A DNA stretch of 64,000 nt from Candidatus Multivoradales bacterium (GTDB taxonomy: Bacteria; Acidobacteriota; Thermoanaerobaculia; Multivoradales; JAHEKO01): NCBI GenBank assembly GCA_965223855.1, contig CBDCXM010000009.1, forward strand, positions 1,792,001 to 1,856,000. Reading direction: 5' to 3'. The translations under genes and the position numbers were made by a program. Below are positions 1-10,112 of the stretch, one piece after another. The notes beneath the pieces are model-generated. The model was not told the DNA's origin. It made no database searches and worked only from the letters and a program-made list of their open reading frames with translations. How positions within the stretch are numbered: the stretch's first letter is position 1; the number at the start of each line of letters is the position of its first letter.

Positions 1-426
1 GTCCGGCTTTCGGTCACGAGCGGTGAGCTGACCTACCGCGACGCGGGCGGCGGTGCCGTCTCGCTGCGCCCCGGCTTCTCGGCCAGCCTGCGGCAGGACG
101 ACGGAATCGGCGGCGGCACTCCGGTGAGCGCCGGCGATCCGAACGAAGAGATCGCGATCTGCCACCTCGAGGACGAGAACGATCCGGACGATCCCGACGA
201 CGACGAGTGGGATCGCCGCAAGGTAGAGCGTCGCGACCTTCAGTTCCACTTCGACCACGGTGACGTCTACGCGGACAAGGATCTGCGGACCGACGACATG
301 AGGGACGACGTCGAGTGCGGCAAGGCGATCGCCTGGTGGTGGTGGGGCGGAGGCGCCCTGGCGGCCGGCATCATCCTGGCGGACGACGATGACAATCCGC
401 CGCCGGCGAGCCCGATCGTCCCCTGA
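1..426 (+). CDS. 5'-truncated hypothetical protein, possibly FecR-like, with acidic region and C-terminal hydrophobic segment
   Basis: Frame 1 is open from base 1 (VRLSVTSGELTYRDAGGGAVSLRPG, FecR-like) to TGA at 424-426; ends WWWWGGGALAAGIILADDDDNPPPASPIVP. Confidence 0.55.
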   Translation, partial: VRLSVTSGELTYRDAGGGAVSLRPGFSASLRQDDGIGGGTPVSAGDPNEEIAICHLEDENDPDDPDDDEWDRRKVERRDLQFHFDHGDVYADKDLRTDDMRDDVECGKAIAWWWWGGGALAAGIILADDDDNPPPASPIVP

Positions 427-679
427 CGTTCCGGCTGCAAGAACTTCCTTCTCGGCCCGGTGCTCCTCGACGGAGTCTCCGGGCCGAGTTGTTTCTGGTG
501 AGCGGTGCCGGAGGCCGGCGACGCTCGAACCACCCACCGGGTTGGAAGGCCTTCTTCCGGCGCGCTATCATCGCGCCTCCTGAGCGACGGGGCGGCCTCG
601 CGTCCGACCCGCAATCGCGTCCCTCACGAACCGGTTCCCCCCCAACGTTCCGTTCCTTTCTCCAACGAGGAGTTCTCTG

Positions 680-1756
680 ATGTCGACATCGACCCGCCAA
701 GCCGTCCTTCCCTGGGCTCTGTTTCTCGGAGTCCTGGCCTCTGTTCTCGTTCTCGCCTTCTGGGGGCTCGGCGAGCGCGCCCTGCACGCCGAGAAGGCGG
801 ACGCGTCTGACGACAGCTCCGAGGTTCTGGCGCGGGTCGGATCGACGGAGGTCATGGCGAGCGACGTCGAGGAGAAGATCGCCTCCGAGCTGGCCCAGAT
901 CGAGCGCCAGCGTTTCGAGGCGATGGAAAAGGGGCTCGAGACGGCGGTCCGGGAACGGCTGCTGGAGCTCGAGGCGGAGGCCCGCGGCCTCACCGTGGAA
1001 GAGCTGCTGGAGGCCGAGGTCGGCTCGAAGCTCGCCGAGGTCGACGACGCACAGGTCGACGCCTTCTACCAGCAGAATCAGGCTCAGATCCGGGCGCCGA
1101 AGGAGCAGGTCACCGACCAGATCCGTCAGTACCTGAGGCAGCAGCAGGGACAGGGCCTCTCCGAGACCCTGATCGCCGACCTCAAGGCGAAGTACAACGT
1201 CGAGCGCTTCCTCGAGCCAATGAGGATCGAGGTGGCGAGCGAAGGTTTCCCGGAGAAGGGCCCCGCCGACGCCCCGGTGACGATCGTCGAGTTCTCCGAC
1301 TTCGAGTGCCCGTACTGCTCGCGGGTCCTGCCGACGCTGCGTCAGGTGATGGAGAACTACTCCGACACGGTGCGAGTGGTCTTCCGCCAGTTCCCGCTCA
1401 ACAGCATTCACCCGCGCGCCCAGAAGGCTGCCGAGGCGTCGCTGTGCGCCGAGGAGCAGGGCAAGTTCTGGGAGCTTCACGATCTGATGTTCGAGGAGCA
1501 GAAGGCGCTGGCGGTCGATCAGCTCAAGGAGAAGGCGGCGCGGATCGGCCTCGACTCGACCGCCTTCGACGAGTGCGTCGATAGCGGGCGCTTTGCCGAG
1601 CAGGTGGCGACCGACCTTTCCGAGGGCGCCGCCGCCGGCGTCTCGGGGACGCCGGCGATGTTCGTCAACGGCCGGTTCCTGAGTGGCGCCGTCGCCTACG
1701 ACACGCTGGCCGCGATCGTCGACGAAGAGCTGGCGCGCGCCGACTCCGGTAGCTGA
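680..1756 (+). CDS. DsbA/thioredoxin-family oxidoreductase with N-terminal SurA-like helical domain
   Basis: N-terminal TM; VEFSDFECPYC, FRQFPL and GTP motifs; GAGGAG RBS. Confidence 0.9.
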   Translation: MSTSTRQAVLPWALFLGVLASVLVLAFWGLGERALHAEKADASDDSSEVLARVGSTEVMASDVEEKIASELAQIERQRFEAMEKGLETAVRERLLELEAEARGLTVEELLEAEVGSKLAEVDDAQVDAFYQQNQAQIRAPKEQVTDQIRQYLRQQQGQGLSETLIADLKAKYNVERFLEPMRIEVASEGFPEKGPADAPVTIVEFSDFECPYCSRVLPTLRQVMENYSDTVRVVFRQFPLNSIHPRAQKAAEASLCAEEQGKFWELHDLMFEEQKALAVDQLKEKAARIGLDSTAFDECVDSGRFAEQVATDLSEGAAAGVSGTPAMFVNGRFLSGAVAYDTLAAIVDEELARADSGS

Positions 1757-1767
1757 GCCCGAAGCGC

Positions 1768-3216
1768 ATGCCTGGCGACGTTCCTCTGGACGAGCTGCGC
1801 CGGGCGCTTCACGAGGCCGCCGACCTCGTCGCCGACTACGTCGGCGGGGTCGGCGAGCGGCCCGTGCTGCCGCTCGTCGAGCCCGGCGAGATCTCCGCCG
1901 CGCTCCCCGACGAGGCGCCGGAGCAGGCGGAGGCGATGGAGGCGATCCTCGCCGACTACCGGAGGTGGATCGAGCCGAACGCCGGGCACTGGAACCACCC
2001 CGGCTTCCTCGGCTACTTCGCGATCAGCGCTTCGGCTCCCGGCATCGTCGGTGAGACGCTGGCGGCGGGACTCAACGTCAACGCCATGCTGTGGCGCTCG
2101 GCCCCGGCGCCGACCGAACTCGAGACGACGGTCTGCGACTGGCTCCGCCGGCTGGTAGGCCTGCCGGACCACTTCCGCGGGCACATCAACGACACGGCGT
2201 CGATTTCGACCTTTCTGGCGCTGGCGGCGGCGCGGCACGCGTCGGACCTCGACGTCCGCCGGCTCGGGCTGGCGGGCCGCGCCGAGGTGCCGCCCCTGAC
2301 CGTCTACGCCTCGGACCAGGCGCACTCCTCGGTCGACAAGGCCGTGATGGCGCTCGGCCTCGGGCACGAGAATCTCCGGCGGATCCCGGTCGGCCGCGAC
2401 TTTGCCCTCGATCCGGAGGCTCTGGCGCGTGCGATCGAGAAGGACCGCTCGGAAGGCAGGCGGCCGATCGCCGTCGTGGCGACCGTCGGTACCACCGCGA
2501 CCACCGCCGTCGATCCGCTGCCGGAGGTCGCCGCGCTGTGCGCCGAGCACGAGCTGTGGTTGCACGTCGATGCCGCGTACGCCGGGAGTGCGGCGATCTG
2601 CCCCGAGTTCCGGCCGCACTTCGAAGCGTGGGAGCGCGCCGACTCGATCGTCTTCAACCCGCACAAGTGGCTCTTCACGCCGCTCGACTGCTCGCTCCTC
2701 TACGTGCGGGACGAGACGCTCCTGAAGGCGGCATTCTCGCTCGTGCCCGCCTATCTCGAGACCGGCGATACGGCGGAGACGAACCTGATGGACCTCGGGC
2801 TGCAACTCGGCCGTCGCTTCCGCGCGCTCAAGCTGTGGATGGTCGTGCGGCGCTTCGGCGCCGAAGGACTGCGCGAGCGGATCCGGGAACACTGCCGGCT
2901 GGCGCGGCGCTTCGCCGAACGGCTCGAGGCCGACCCCGACTTCGAGCTGGCGGCGCCGGTGCCGTTCTCGCTCGTCTGCTTCCGCTGGGCGCCGCGCGGT
3001 GTGGCGCCGGAGCGCCGGGATGCGCTGAATCAGCAGCTCCTGGAGCGACTCAACGCCGGAGCGCCGACCTTCCTGTCGCACGCCGTCCTCGACGGCCGCT
3101 TCACGTTGCGGATGGCGGTGGGGAACCTGAGGACCGAGGAGCGGCACCTCGACGAGCTGTGGTCGCGGATGCGTCGCGTCGTCACAGAGCTGGTCGTCGG
3201 GCTGCGGAGCGACTAG
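1768..3216 (+). CDS. PLP-dependent aromatic L-amino acid decarboxylase family protein
   Basis: HWNHP, HSSVDKA, HVDAAY, NPHKW (PLP lysine), RRFRALKLW. Confidence 0.92.
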   Translation: MPGDVPLDELRRALHEAADLVADYVGGVGERPVLPLVEPGEISAALPDEAPEQAEAMEAILADYRRWIEPNAGHWNHPGFLGYFAISASAPGIVGETLAAGLNVNAMLWRSAPAPTELETTVCDWLRRLVGLPDHFRGHINDTASISTFLALAAARHASDLDVRRLGLAGRAEVPPLTVYASDQAHSSVDKAVMALGLGHENLRRIPVGRDFALDPEALARAIEKDRSEGRRPIAVVATVGTTATTAVDPLPEVAALCAEHELWLHVDAAYAGSAAICPEFRPHFEAWERADSIVFNPHKWLFTPLDCSLLYVRDETLLKAAFSLVPAYLETGDTAETNLMDLGLQLGRRFRALKLWMVVRRFGAEGLRERIREHCRLARRFAERLEADPDFELAAPVPFSLVCFRWAPRGVAPERRDALNQQLLERLNAGAPTFLSHAVLDGRFTLRMAVGNLRTEERHLDELWSRMRRVVTELVVGLRSD

Positions 3217-3222
3217 CAGGAC

Positions 3223-3435
3223 TCAGTAGAAGTCCGAGCAGGAGAGGTAGTAGCCGCAGCGCGGGTCGGGGCAGAAGAGTTTGCACTTGCGTTCGGCGAG
3301 TTCGCTGCCGCAGATCGGGCAGGTCCGCTGCACCTCGCCCGGGTCGGACGGGCCTGTCTTCGCCCGGGGCGGCTTGTCCGCTCGTTGCGCCGTCGGTCGT
3401 GGCGAGCGGAGGTCGGCCTTCTCTGCCGGAGTCAC
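3223..3435 (-). CDS. Small Cys-rich zinc-ribbon protein
   Basis: C-terminus CPICGSELAERKCKLFCPDPRCGYYLSCSDFY in the gap between the decarboxylase and manC; GTG start at 3435 is uncertain. Confidence 0.6.
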   Translation of the reverse strand: MTPAEKADLRSPRPTAQRADKPPRAKTGPSDPGEVQRTCPICGSELAERKCKLFCPDPRCGYYLSCSDFY

Positions 3436-3567
3436 GATCAGCAGGGTACCACCGCCCTGATAACCTCCCGCCGCGCCGCGCGGGTGGGGTGCAGTCCCCG
3501 CCCCGGCGGTCATCTGACCGATCTGTAACGGCCCTCGCCGGGCCCTCTCTCGACCGGAGTTCGACCG

Positions 3568-4614
3568 ATGCAAGCGCTGATTCTCGCCGGCGGCAGCGGG
3601 ACCCGTTTCTGGCCGCTCAGCCGCCGGGCAATGCCCAAGCAGTTCCTCACGCTGGAGGGCGATCGCAGCCTCCTCCAGGCGACCGTCGATCGGCTGCAGC
3701 CGGAGATCCGGCCGGAGCAGGTGTGGATCTCGACGACCGAAGCGCTGGCACCGCAGGTTCGTGAACAGCTCCCCGAGGTACCCGCGGACCAGGTGCTTGC
3801 CGAGCCGATGGGGCGTAACACCGCACCGGCGATCGGCTGGGCGGTCGGCTGTCTGCCCGAGGCGGCGCGCGAGGGGGTGGTGGCGGTGCTGCCCGCCGAT
3901 CACAGGATCGAGCAGCGCGCCGCCTTCCGCGACACGCTGGCGCGCGCGGCGCGCGTCGTCGGGAGCGACGATCGCGTGATGACCCTCGGGGTGCAGCCGG
4001 ACAGGGTCGAGACCGGCTACGGCTATCTCGAGCTGGGGGAGGATCTCGAGGGCGATCCCGCGTTGCGGCGGGTCGCCCGTTTCACCGAGAAGCCGGATCT
4101 CGAGACCGCACGCAGCTTCTACGAGTCGGGCAACTACCTGTGGAACGCCGGCATCTTCGTCTTCCGCGGCGCCACCCTGTTGCACCACCTCGAGCGACTG
4201 GAGCCGGCGGTCGGCGAGGGGCTCGCCGCGATCCGCAGCGAGCCGGCACGGACCCGGGAACTCTACGCGGCGCTTCCCTCCACCTCGATCGACTACGCCG
4301 TGATGGAACGGCTCGACGACCTCGGAACGCTACCGCTCGACTGCGGCTGGAGCGACCTCGGCTCGTGGGCTGCGCTTGGCGAGATCCTCGACGGTGACGA
4401 GCGGGGCAACACCGGCCGCGGCGACCTCGTGGCGATCGATTCGAAGGACAATCTGCTGTGGGCCGAGAGCGGCCAGATCGCGACGATAGGAGTGGAAGGT
4501 CTGGTCGTCGTGCGCACCGCCGACACGGTGCTGGTGATGCCGCGCGAGCGGGCGCAGGACGTCAAGAAGGTCGTCGAGACGTTGCGAGCCGGCGGCCGCG
4601 ACGAGCTGCTCTGA
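3568..4614 (+). CDS. manC: Mannose-1-phosphate guanylyltransferase
   Basis: ILAGGSGTRFWPLSR, PKQF, EPMGRNTAPA, FTEKP, WNAGIF, WSDLGSW. Confidence 0.95.
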   Translation: MQALILAGGSGTRFWPLSRRAMPKQFLTLEGDRSLLQATVDRLQPEIRPEQVWISTTEALAPQVREQLPEVPADQVLAEPMGRNTAPAIGWAVGCLPEAAREGVVAVLPADHRIEQRAAFRDTLARAARVVGSDDRVMTLGVQPDRVETGYGYLELGEDLEGDPALRRVARFTEKPDLETARSFYESGNYLWNAGIFVFRGATLLHHLERLEPAVGEGLAAIRSEPARTRELYAALPSTSIDYAVMERLDDLGTLPLDCGWSDLGSWAALGEILDGDERGNTGRGDLVAIDSKDNLLWAESGQIATIGVEGLVVVRTADTVLVMPRERAQDVKKVVETLRAGGRDELL

Positions 4615-5297
4615 TGGTCCTGCCCGCTCTCGTCTGGAGCCGTGGCACGGAGCGGGAGCTGGCACGGTGCGCGCTCCCGCTGGCAGGGCGGGGCGACGGA
4701 GAAGCGGGCGAGTCCGGCCGGCCGCTCGAGATCGAGCTCGGTTTCGGCAAAGGGCGCTATCTGGTCGGACGGGCCGCCGCGCAGCCCGGGGCCGACTTCC
4801 TCGGCGTCGAGATCGCGTCCAAGTACTACCGCCTGGTCCGTGACCGCGCCCGGCGTCGGGGGCTGGCCAACTTGACTCTGGTGCGCGCCGAGGCGGTCTT
4901 CCTGATGGCGACGGCGTTGCCGCGGGCAGAAGCGAGAGCGGTGCACGTCTACCATCCCGATCCGTGGCCGAAGGACCGCCACCACAAGCGTCGCCTCTTC
5001 GACCCGGAGACGGTCGATCTCGTGCTGGGCCTGCTCGAGCCGGGCGGTCGTCTCTTCTTCGCCACCGACTTTCTCGAGTATGGCGACGTGGTGACCGAGC
5101 TGCTGGAGTCGCATCCCGCCCTCGACGTCGAGACGGTCGACGGCTGGCCGGAGGGCCCCCGTACCAACTACGAGGCGAAGTTCGTCGCTCGCGGTCAGCC
5201 GATCACCCGACTGATAGCCACCCGCCGCGGTGCGCCGGACGAGCTGCTGCATCCGGCGGGTCGCGCCGGGGTCGTCGTGGCGCCTCGCCCCTTGTGA
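4614..5297 (+). CDS. trmB: tRNA (guanine-N7)-methyltransferase TrmB-like
   Basis: ATG overlaps manC stop (TGATG); EIELGFGKG, PDPWPKDRHHKRR, TD, TNYEAK. Confidence 0.85.
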   Translation: MVLPALVWSRGTERELARCALPLAGRGDGEAGESGRPLEIELGFGKGRYLVGRAAAQPGADFLGVEIASKYYRLVRDRARRRGLANLTLVRAEAVFLMATALPRAEARAVHVYHPDPWPKDRHHKRRLFDPETVDLVLGLLEPGGRLFFATDFLEYGDVVTELLESHPALDVETVDGWPEGPRTNYEAKFVARGQPITRLIATRRGAPDELLHPAGRAGVVVAPRPL

Positions 5298-5304
5298 ACG
5301 ACGG

Positions 5305-7044
5305 GTGAAGAATCTCGGCACGCTGCGCGGCTACCTGCTGCGCTACCCGGGGCGGCTGACACTCGGGATCGCGGCGATCCTGGGCATGTCGCTCGTCGGG
5401 CTGCTGCAGCCTCTGGTCGTCGGGAGGGCGATCGACGCCCTGTCGCTCGAGGTGTCGGGGCGCGCGCTCTTGCTCTACGGCGGGACGCTGGTCGCGATCG
5501 CTGTCGTGCAGGGGGCGCTGAGCTACGCCCAGCGGATGACCCTCGTCGCGGTGTCGCGCGACGTCGAGTTCGATCTGCGCAACGAGTACTTCGGTCGCCT
5601 CCTCGAGCTGCCACTGTCGTTCTACCAGCGCCAGCACACCGGCGACCTGATGGCTCGTGGCACGAACGACCTGCAGGCGGTGAGGATGCTGTGCGGGCCG
5701 GCGATCATGTACGCCGGCAACACTCTCTTCACCGCCACCGGAGCGCTGGCCTTCATGATCTATCTGCATCCGCGGCTGACGGCGGCGGCGCTCGTCACCA
5801 TGCCGCTGGTCGCGCTGGCGACCAAGGTGATCGGCGCGCGGATCCACGTCCTCTTCGACGCGGTGCAGGAGCAGTTCGGCGTGCTGTCGACGCGGGTGCA
5901 GGAGAATCTCGCCGGCGCCCGGGTCGTGCGGGCCTACGCTCGCGAGGAGAGCGAAGAGAAGGTCTTCGGCGAGCTCAACCGGGGCTACGTCGAGCGCGGC
6001 CGGCGCCTGATCGCCTGGGACGCCGCCTTCCGGCCGCTGCTGCAGTTGCTGATCGGCGCCGGTTTCGTCGTCGTGCTGCTCTACGGCGGGCGATTGGTGC
6101 TGGCGGGGGAACTCACGGTCGGCTCGTTCGTCACCTTCAACTTCTTCCTCATGAAGCTGGTCTGGCCGATGATCGCCATCGGCTGGGTGATCAATCTCGC
6201 GCAACGCGGCAGCGCATCACTGGGCCGCATTCTCGAGGTGCTCCGCACCGAGCCGGAGATCCGAGACCGGCCGGATGCCGCCGCACCGGATCGCCTCGAG
6301 CCGCGGGTCGAGATGCGCGACGTGAGTTTCGCCTACGGCGACGGTCCGGCGGTCCTCCGCGAGATCTCGCTGACAGTCGCACCGGGAACGACGACCGCAA
6401 TCGTCGGCCGCACCGGGAGCGGCAAGAGCACGCTACTGTCGCTCGTCCCCCGGCTGCTCGAGCCGCCACCGGAGAGCGTCTTCGTCGGCGGTCGCGATGT
6501 CCGCACGCTGCCGCTCGCGGCGCTCCGCCGTCACTGCGCGGTCGTACCCCAGGAGACCGTGCTCTTCTCGGCGACGCTCCTCGACAACATCCGCATGAGC
6601 CGACCCGAGGCGTCGCCCGACGAGGTGCTCGACGCTGCCCGAACCGCCGGCCTGGAGCCCGACCTCGAGCGCTTTCCCGAGGGGCTCGACACCCTCGTCG
6701 GCGAGCGCGGGGTGACCTTGTCGGGCGGGCAGAAGCAGCGGGTGGCGCTCGCCCGCGCTCTCGTGCGTCAGCCGCCGATTCTGCTGCTCGACGACTGTCT
6801 CTCGGCGGTCGATACCGAGACCGAGGAGCGCATTCTCACCGGGCTGGCGGGCGCCTTCGAGGGGCGCACGGTGCTGCTCGTCTCGCACCGGATCTCGACG
6901 GTCCGGCACGCCGACTCGATCGGAGTGCTCGACGGAGGGCGCCTGGTCGAGCACGGGAGTCACGAGGAGCTGCTGGCACTCGGCGGCGTCTACGCCGATC
7001 TCGAGCGTCGCCAGCGGCTCGAGGAGGAGCTCGGGGTGCTGTGA
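5305..7044 (+). CDS. ABC exporter, fused permease/ATPase (MsbA/MdlA-like)
   Basis: Multiple TMs; GRTGSGKST, LSGGQKQR, LLLDD; GTG start. Confidence 0.92.
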   Translation: MKNLGTLRGYLLRYPGRLTLGIAAILGMSLVGLLQPLVVGRAIDALSLEVSGRALLLYGGTLVAIAVVQGALSYAQRMTLVAVSRDVEFDLRNEYFGRLLELPLSFYQRQHTGDLMARGTNDLQAVRMLCGPAIMYAGNTLFTATGALAFMIYLHPRLTAAALVTMPLVALATKVIGARIHVLFDAVQEQFGVLSTRVQENLAGARVVRAYAREESEEKVFGELNRGYVERGRRLIAWDAAFRPLLQLLIGAGFVVVLLYGGRLVLAGELTVGSFVTFNFFLMKLVWPMIAIGWVINLAQRGSASLGRILEVLRTEPEIRDRPDAAAPDRLEPRVEMRDVSFAYGDGPAVLREISLTVAPGTTTAIVGRTGSGKSTLLSLVPRLLEPPPESVFVGGRDVRTLPLAALRRHCAVVPQETVLFSATLLDNIRMSRPEASPDEVLDAARTAGLEPDLERFPEGLDTLVGERGVTLSGGQKQRVALARALVRQPPILLLDDCLSAVDTETEERILTGLAGAFEGRTVLLVSHRISTVRHADSIGVLDGGRLVEHGSHEELLALGGVYADLERRQRLEEELGVL

Positions 7045-7139
7045 TTCCGGCTGCGGCGAAATCGACACGCCGACGTCGGCGTCGTGTCGTCGGGCCTTTC
7101 GGGTGAGGGCTGTCTGCCGTTGAGGGTAGGCTTGGGAAC

Positions 7140-8045
7140 ATGAAAGTGATCGTCACCGGTGGAACCGGACTGATCGGCACGGCCCTGGCCGAGGCCCTCG
7201 TGGCACGGGGGGACGCTGTCGTCGTGACCAGCCGCAGTCCGAGCACCGCCTCGGTTCCCCGGGGGGTCGAGACGGCGGCCTGGGACGCGCGCTCGGCCGA
7301 AGCCCTCACTCCTGTCGTCGAGGGGGCGGACGCGGTGGTACATCTCGTCGGCGAGGGGATCGGCGACGGTCGCTGGAGCGCCGCGCGCAAGCAGCGGATC
7401 CGCGACAGCCGGGTCGATTCGAGCGCCGCCGTCGCGGCCGCGATCGCTGCCGCGACGGCGAGGCCACGAACGCTGCTGCAAGGCTCGGCGGTCGGCTTCT
7501 ACGGCGATCGTGGCGACGAGCGTCTCACCGAGGGCTCGGCGGCCGGCGACGGCTTCCTCGCCGAAGTCTGCGGCGAGTGGGAGGCGGCCTCGGCACCGGT
7601 CGAGGAGGGAGGGACCCGCAGGGTGCTGCTGCGTACCGGAGTCGTGCTCGCCAACGAGGGGGGCGCTCTGCCGCGAATGGCGCTGCCGTTCCGCCTCTTC
7701 GCCGGCGGACCGGTGGGTAGCGGCGGCCAGTGGGTGCCGTGGATTCACATCGCCGACGAGGTGGGAGCGATCCTTCACCTGCTCGATACCCCCGCGGCAT
7801 CCGGCCCGGTGAATCTGACCGCGCCGGGAGAAGCGACCAACCGAGCGCTGTCGAAGGCGCTCGGCAAGGTGCTGAGCCGGCCGAGTTTCCTGCCGGCTCC
7901 GGCGTTCGCGATGAAGCTCCTCCTGGGTGAGATGTCGCAGCTCCTGCTCGCTTCGCAGCGCGTCGTCCCGCAGGAGCTCGACGCGGGCGGCTACAGCTTC
8001 CGGTTTCCGTCGATCGAAGGCGCGCTCAGCGACCTCCTCGGCTGA
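7140..8045 (+). CDS. TIGR01777/YfcH-family NAD-dependent epimerase
   Basis: TGGTGLIG, SAVGFYG, LRTGVVL, GSGGQWVPWIH, SQRVVP. Confidence 0.92.
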   Translation: MKVIVTGGTGLIGTALAEALVARGDAVVVTSRSPSTASVPRGVETAAWDARSAEALTPVVEGADAVVHLVGEGIGDGRWSAARKQRIRDSRVDSSAAVAAAIAAATARPRTLLQGSAVGFYGDRGDERLTEGSAAGDGFLAEVCGEWEAASAPVEEGGTRRVLLRTGVVLANEGGALPRMALPFRLFAGGPVGSGGQWVPWIHIADEVGAILHLLDTPAASGPVNLTAPGEATNRALSKALGKVLSRPSFLPAPAFAMKLLLGEMSQLLLASQRVVPQELDAGGYSFRFPSIEGALSDLLG

Positions 8046-8047
8046 CC

Positions 8048-8341
8048 GTGACAAAGCCCGCGGCTCAGGACCCGACGATCTCCGCCGAACTCGAGCGCGC
8101 GGTGGCTCAGGGGGCGACCGTCGCCCTGTCGCGTATCGAGGACGGGCCCAACCGCGGGGCGGAGATGCTGGTATGGGAGAACGGCCAGGCTCTCGGCTCG
8201 CTCGGCCCGCCGAGACTCAACCAGAAGGTCGCCCTCTACGCCGAGGGGCTGATGGCGCGTGCCGGCTCTGAGCGCCGACGCTTCGACACCCCGGAAGGGG
8301 CCGTCCTTCTGCTGACGACGATCTACCCGGAGCGCCCGTGA
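8048..8341 (+). CDS. Small XdhC/CoxI N-terminal-like protein
   Basis: GAEMLVWENGQALGSLG resembles the XdhC_CoxI motif; tightly coupled to neighbours. Confidence 0.55.
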   Translation: MTKPAAQDPTISAELERAVAQGATVALSRIEDGPNRGAEMLVWENGQALGSLGPPRLNQKVALYAEGLMARAGSERRRFDTPEGAVLLLTTIYPERP

Positions 8342-8817
8342 CGGCGCCGTCGAGACCGGAGGCGATCCGGCAGGGGGACATCCCGGGGGTCCAGTTGCGC
8401 CGTCGCGCCGTCCTCGCCGTAGCACCTGCGGTGCTTTGGGAATGGCTGGTGGTGCCCGACCTGCTCGAGCGGTGGGCCTGCCGGCAGGCGGCCGTGTCGC
8501 TCGAGCGCGGCACGACCTTCGACTGGATCGGCAACGCCGAGCTGGGCGAAGAGTGCGTCGAGACCTGCGAGACGGTCGACGCCGCCCCGCCGTGGCGCTG
8601 GCGGCTCGCCCTGACGCAGCCCGGCTGGGACGCGGCGACGCGACTGCAGTTCGATCTCTCGGCGGCCGACGGCGGCAGCGGGATCTCGGTGCTGCAGAAC
8701 GGCTTCGAGCACCTGTCGCTGTCGCTGAGTCTCACCGTCTGGGAGGCGTATCGCCGGCGCTGGACACAGGCGCTGGAAGCTCTCGACCGGGCGATCGCCG
8801 CGGCGGCCGGCTTCTGA
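8338..8817 (+). CDS. SRPBCC/AHSA1-like domain protein
   Basis: LWEWLVVPDLLERW, C-terminal W..ALEAL helix; GTGA overlap. Confidence 0.7.
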   Translation: MTAPSRPEAIRQGDIPGVQLRRRAVLAVAPAVLWEWLVVPDLLERWACRQAAVSLERGTTFDWIGNAELGEECVETCETVDAAPPWRWRLALTQPGWDAATRLQFDLSAADGGSGISVLQNGFEHLSLSLSLTVWEAYRRRWTQALEALDRAIAAAAGF

Positions 8818-8871
8818 GTGCAGGGCCGGCACCTGGTAGCCGGCATCCGGTGCCGAGAAGGTGAGACTGGT

Positions 8872-10083
8872 TCAGGCGCCGGCGCGATCCCACGCCGCGC
8901 GCAGGTCGCGGCCGACCTGCGCGGCGACGTCGTGGGCGGCGTAGACACGGAAGCGGTCGATCTTCTCGAGGTGACCGATGAAGTGGCTCGCCTCGGCGAT
9001 CGGGGCCAGCGTGCCGTCGAAGCGCCGGGCGAAGACCCGTGCCTGGCGGAGCCGGTGAGGGTCCTTGGCCGAGTTCGAGATGATGAGGTTCTCGGCGCCG
9101 TAGGTCGCTTCGATCTCCGGCACCAGGCGCTGGAATCGTTTGCGCTCCTTCTTGCGCAGGTGCTCGCCGGTCTCGAAGGCGAGCGGGAAGCCACGTCGCC
9201 GCACGACGGCCTGGGCGTGCCTCGACTTCGAGGCCCGCATGCGGGTCCAGGTGGTGATGTCGTCGTGCTCTAGAAAGCGCTCCGGATCGACCGGCCACCG
9301 CAGCCCCTCGTCGATCAGCCAGCGTGAGAGGTGGTGCTCGTACGCCTTGCCGGTGACGTTGAAGTACACCTGCGTGAACATGTAGTAGCGGGCCATGACC
9401 AGCCCCTCGAGGGCGTGCACGCCACCCTCCTCGACACCCAGCCCCTGCTCGCCGGTGACCGGGTCCTCGAGCGCCTCCATCGTGTGGAGGAGCCGGTCGA
9501 GGTCGTAGCTGCCGTAGCGCACGCCGCAGTAGAGGCCGTCGCGCAGCAGGTAGTCCATCTTGTCGACGTCGAGCTCACCGGCGACGATCTGCGACAGCAG
9601 CCGCTCGCGCGAGTCGCGCGGGGCGGTGAGCACCCGCACGACGTCGTCCGGCTCGATGCCGTCGCCGAGCCGGTCGAGCACCTCGGCGACGGCGGGCGAG
9701 CGGATCAGCCGGCAGGTCATCTCCTCGTGGTGGATCGGCTCCTCGAACAGCTCCTCCGCGGAGTGGGAGAACGGCGGATGGCCGATGTCGTGCAGCAGCG
9801 CCGCGGCCCGCACCAGGCGGCGATCGGGGCTCCCCGGCGACGGGTCGAGCAGGCCGCGGCTGCCGGGTGCGACGGCGTCGAACACCCGGCCGGCGAGGTG
9901 CATGACACCGAGCACATGGCTGAACCGGCTGTGCTCGGCGCCGGGGAAGACGAGATACGCCATCCCGAGCTGACGGATCGAGCGCAGCCGCTGCAGGGGA
10001 GCGCTGTTGATGAGCGCCGTCTCGAGCGGATCGGCGTTGATGAACCCGTGGATCGGGTCGCGGAAGGAGGCGGTATCGGCCAG
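8872..10083 (-). CDS. HD-domain phosphohydrolase (SAMHD1/YwfO-like)
   Basis: RDPIHG, QRLRSIRQLG, HSRFSH, LLHDIGHPPFSH, DVDKMDYLLRD; probable CTG start after GGGAGA. Confidence 0.9.
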   Translation of the reverse strand: MADTASFRDPIHGFINADPLETALINSAPLQRLRSIRQLGMAYLVFPGAEHSRFSHVLGVMHLAGRVFDAVAPGSRGLLDPSPGSPDRRLVRAAALLHDIGHPPFSHSAEELFEEPIHHEEMTCRLIRSPAVAEVLDRLGDGIEPDDVVRVLTAPRDSRERLLSQIVAGELDVDKMDYLLRDGLYCGVRYGSYDLDRLLHTMEALEDPVTGEQGLGVEEGGVHALEGLVMARYYMFTQVYFNVTGKAYEHHLSRWLIDEGLRWPVDPERFLEHDDITTWTRMRASKSRHAQAVVRRRGFPLAFETGEHLRKKERKRFQRLVPEIEATYGAENLIISNSAKDPHRLRQARVFARRFDGTLAPIAEASHFIGHLEKIDRFRVYAAHDVAAQVGRDLRAAWDRAGA

Positions 10084-10112
10084 AGCAGGTCTCCCGGGAA
10101 GGTGCCCGGATT

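Noticed and set aside
7064-7090. Palindrome CGACACGCCGACGTCGGCGTCGTGTCG as a terminator or operator
   Set aside because: Short, GC-rich, no U tract and no second copy seen; may be chance
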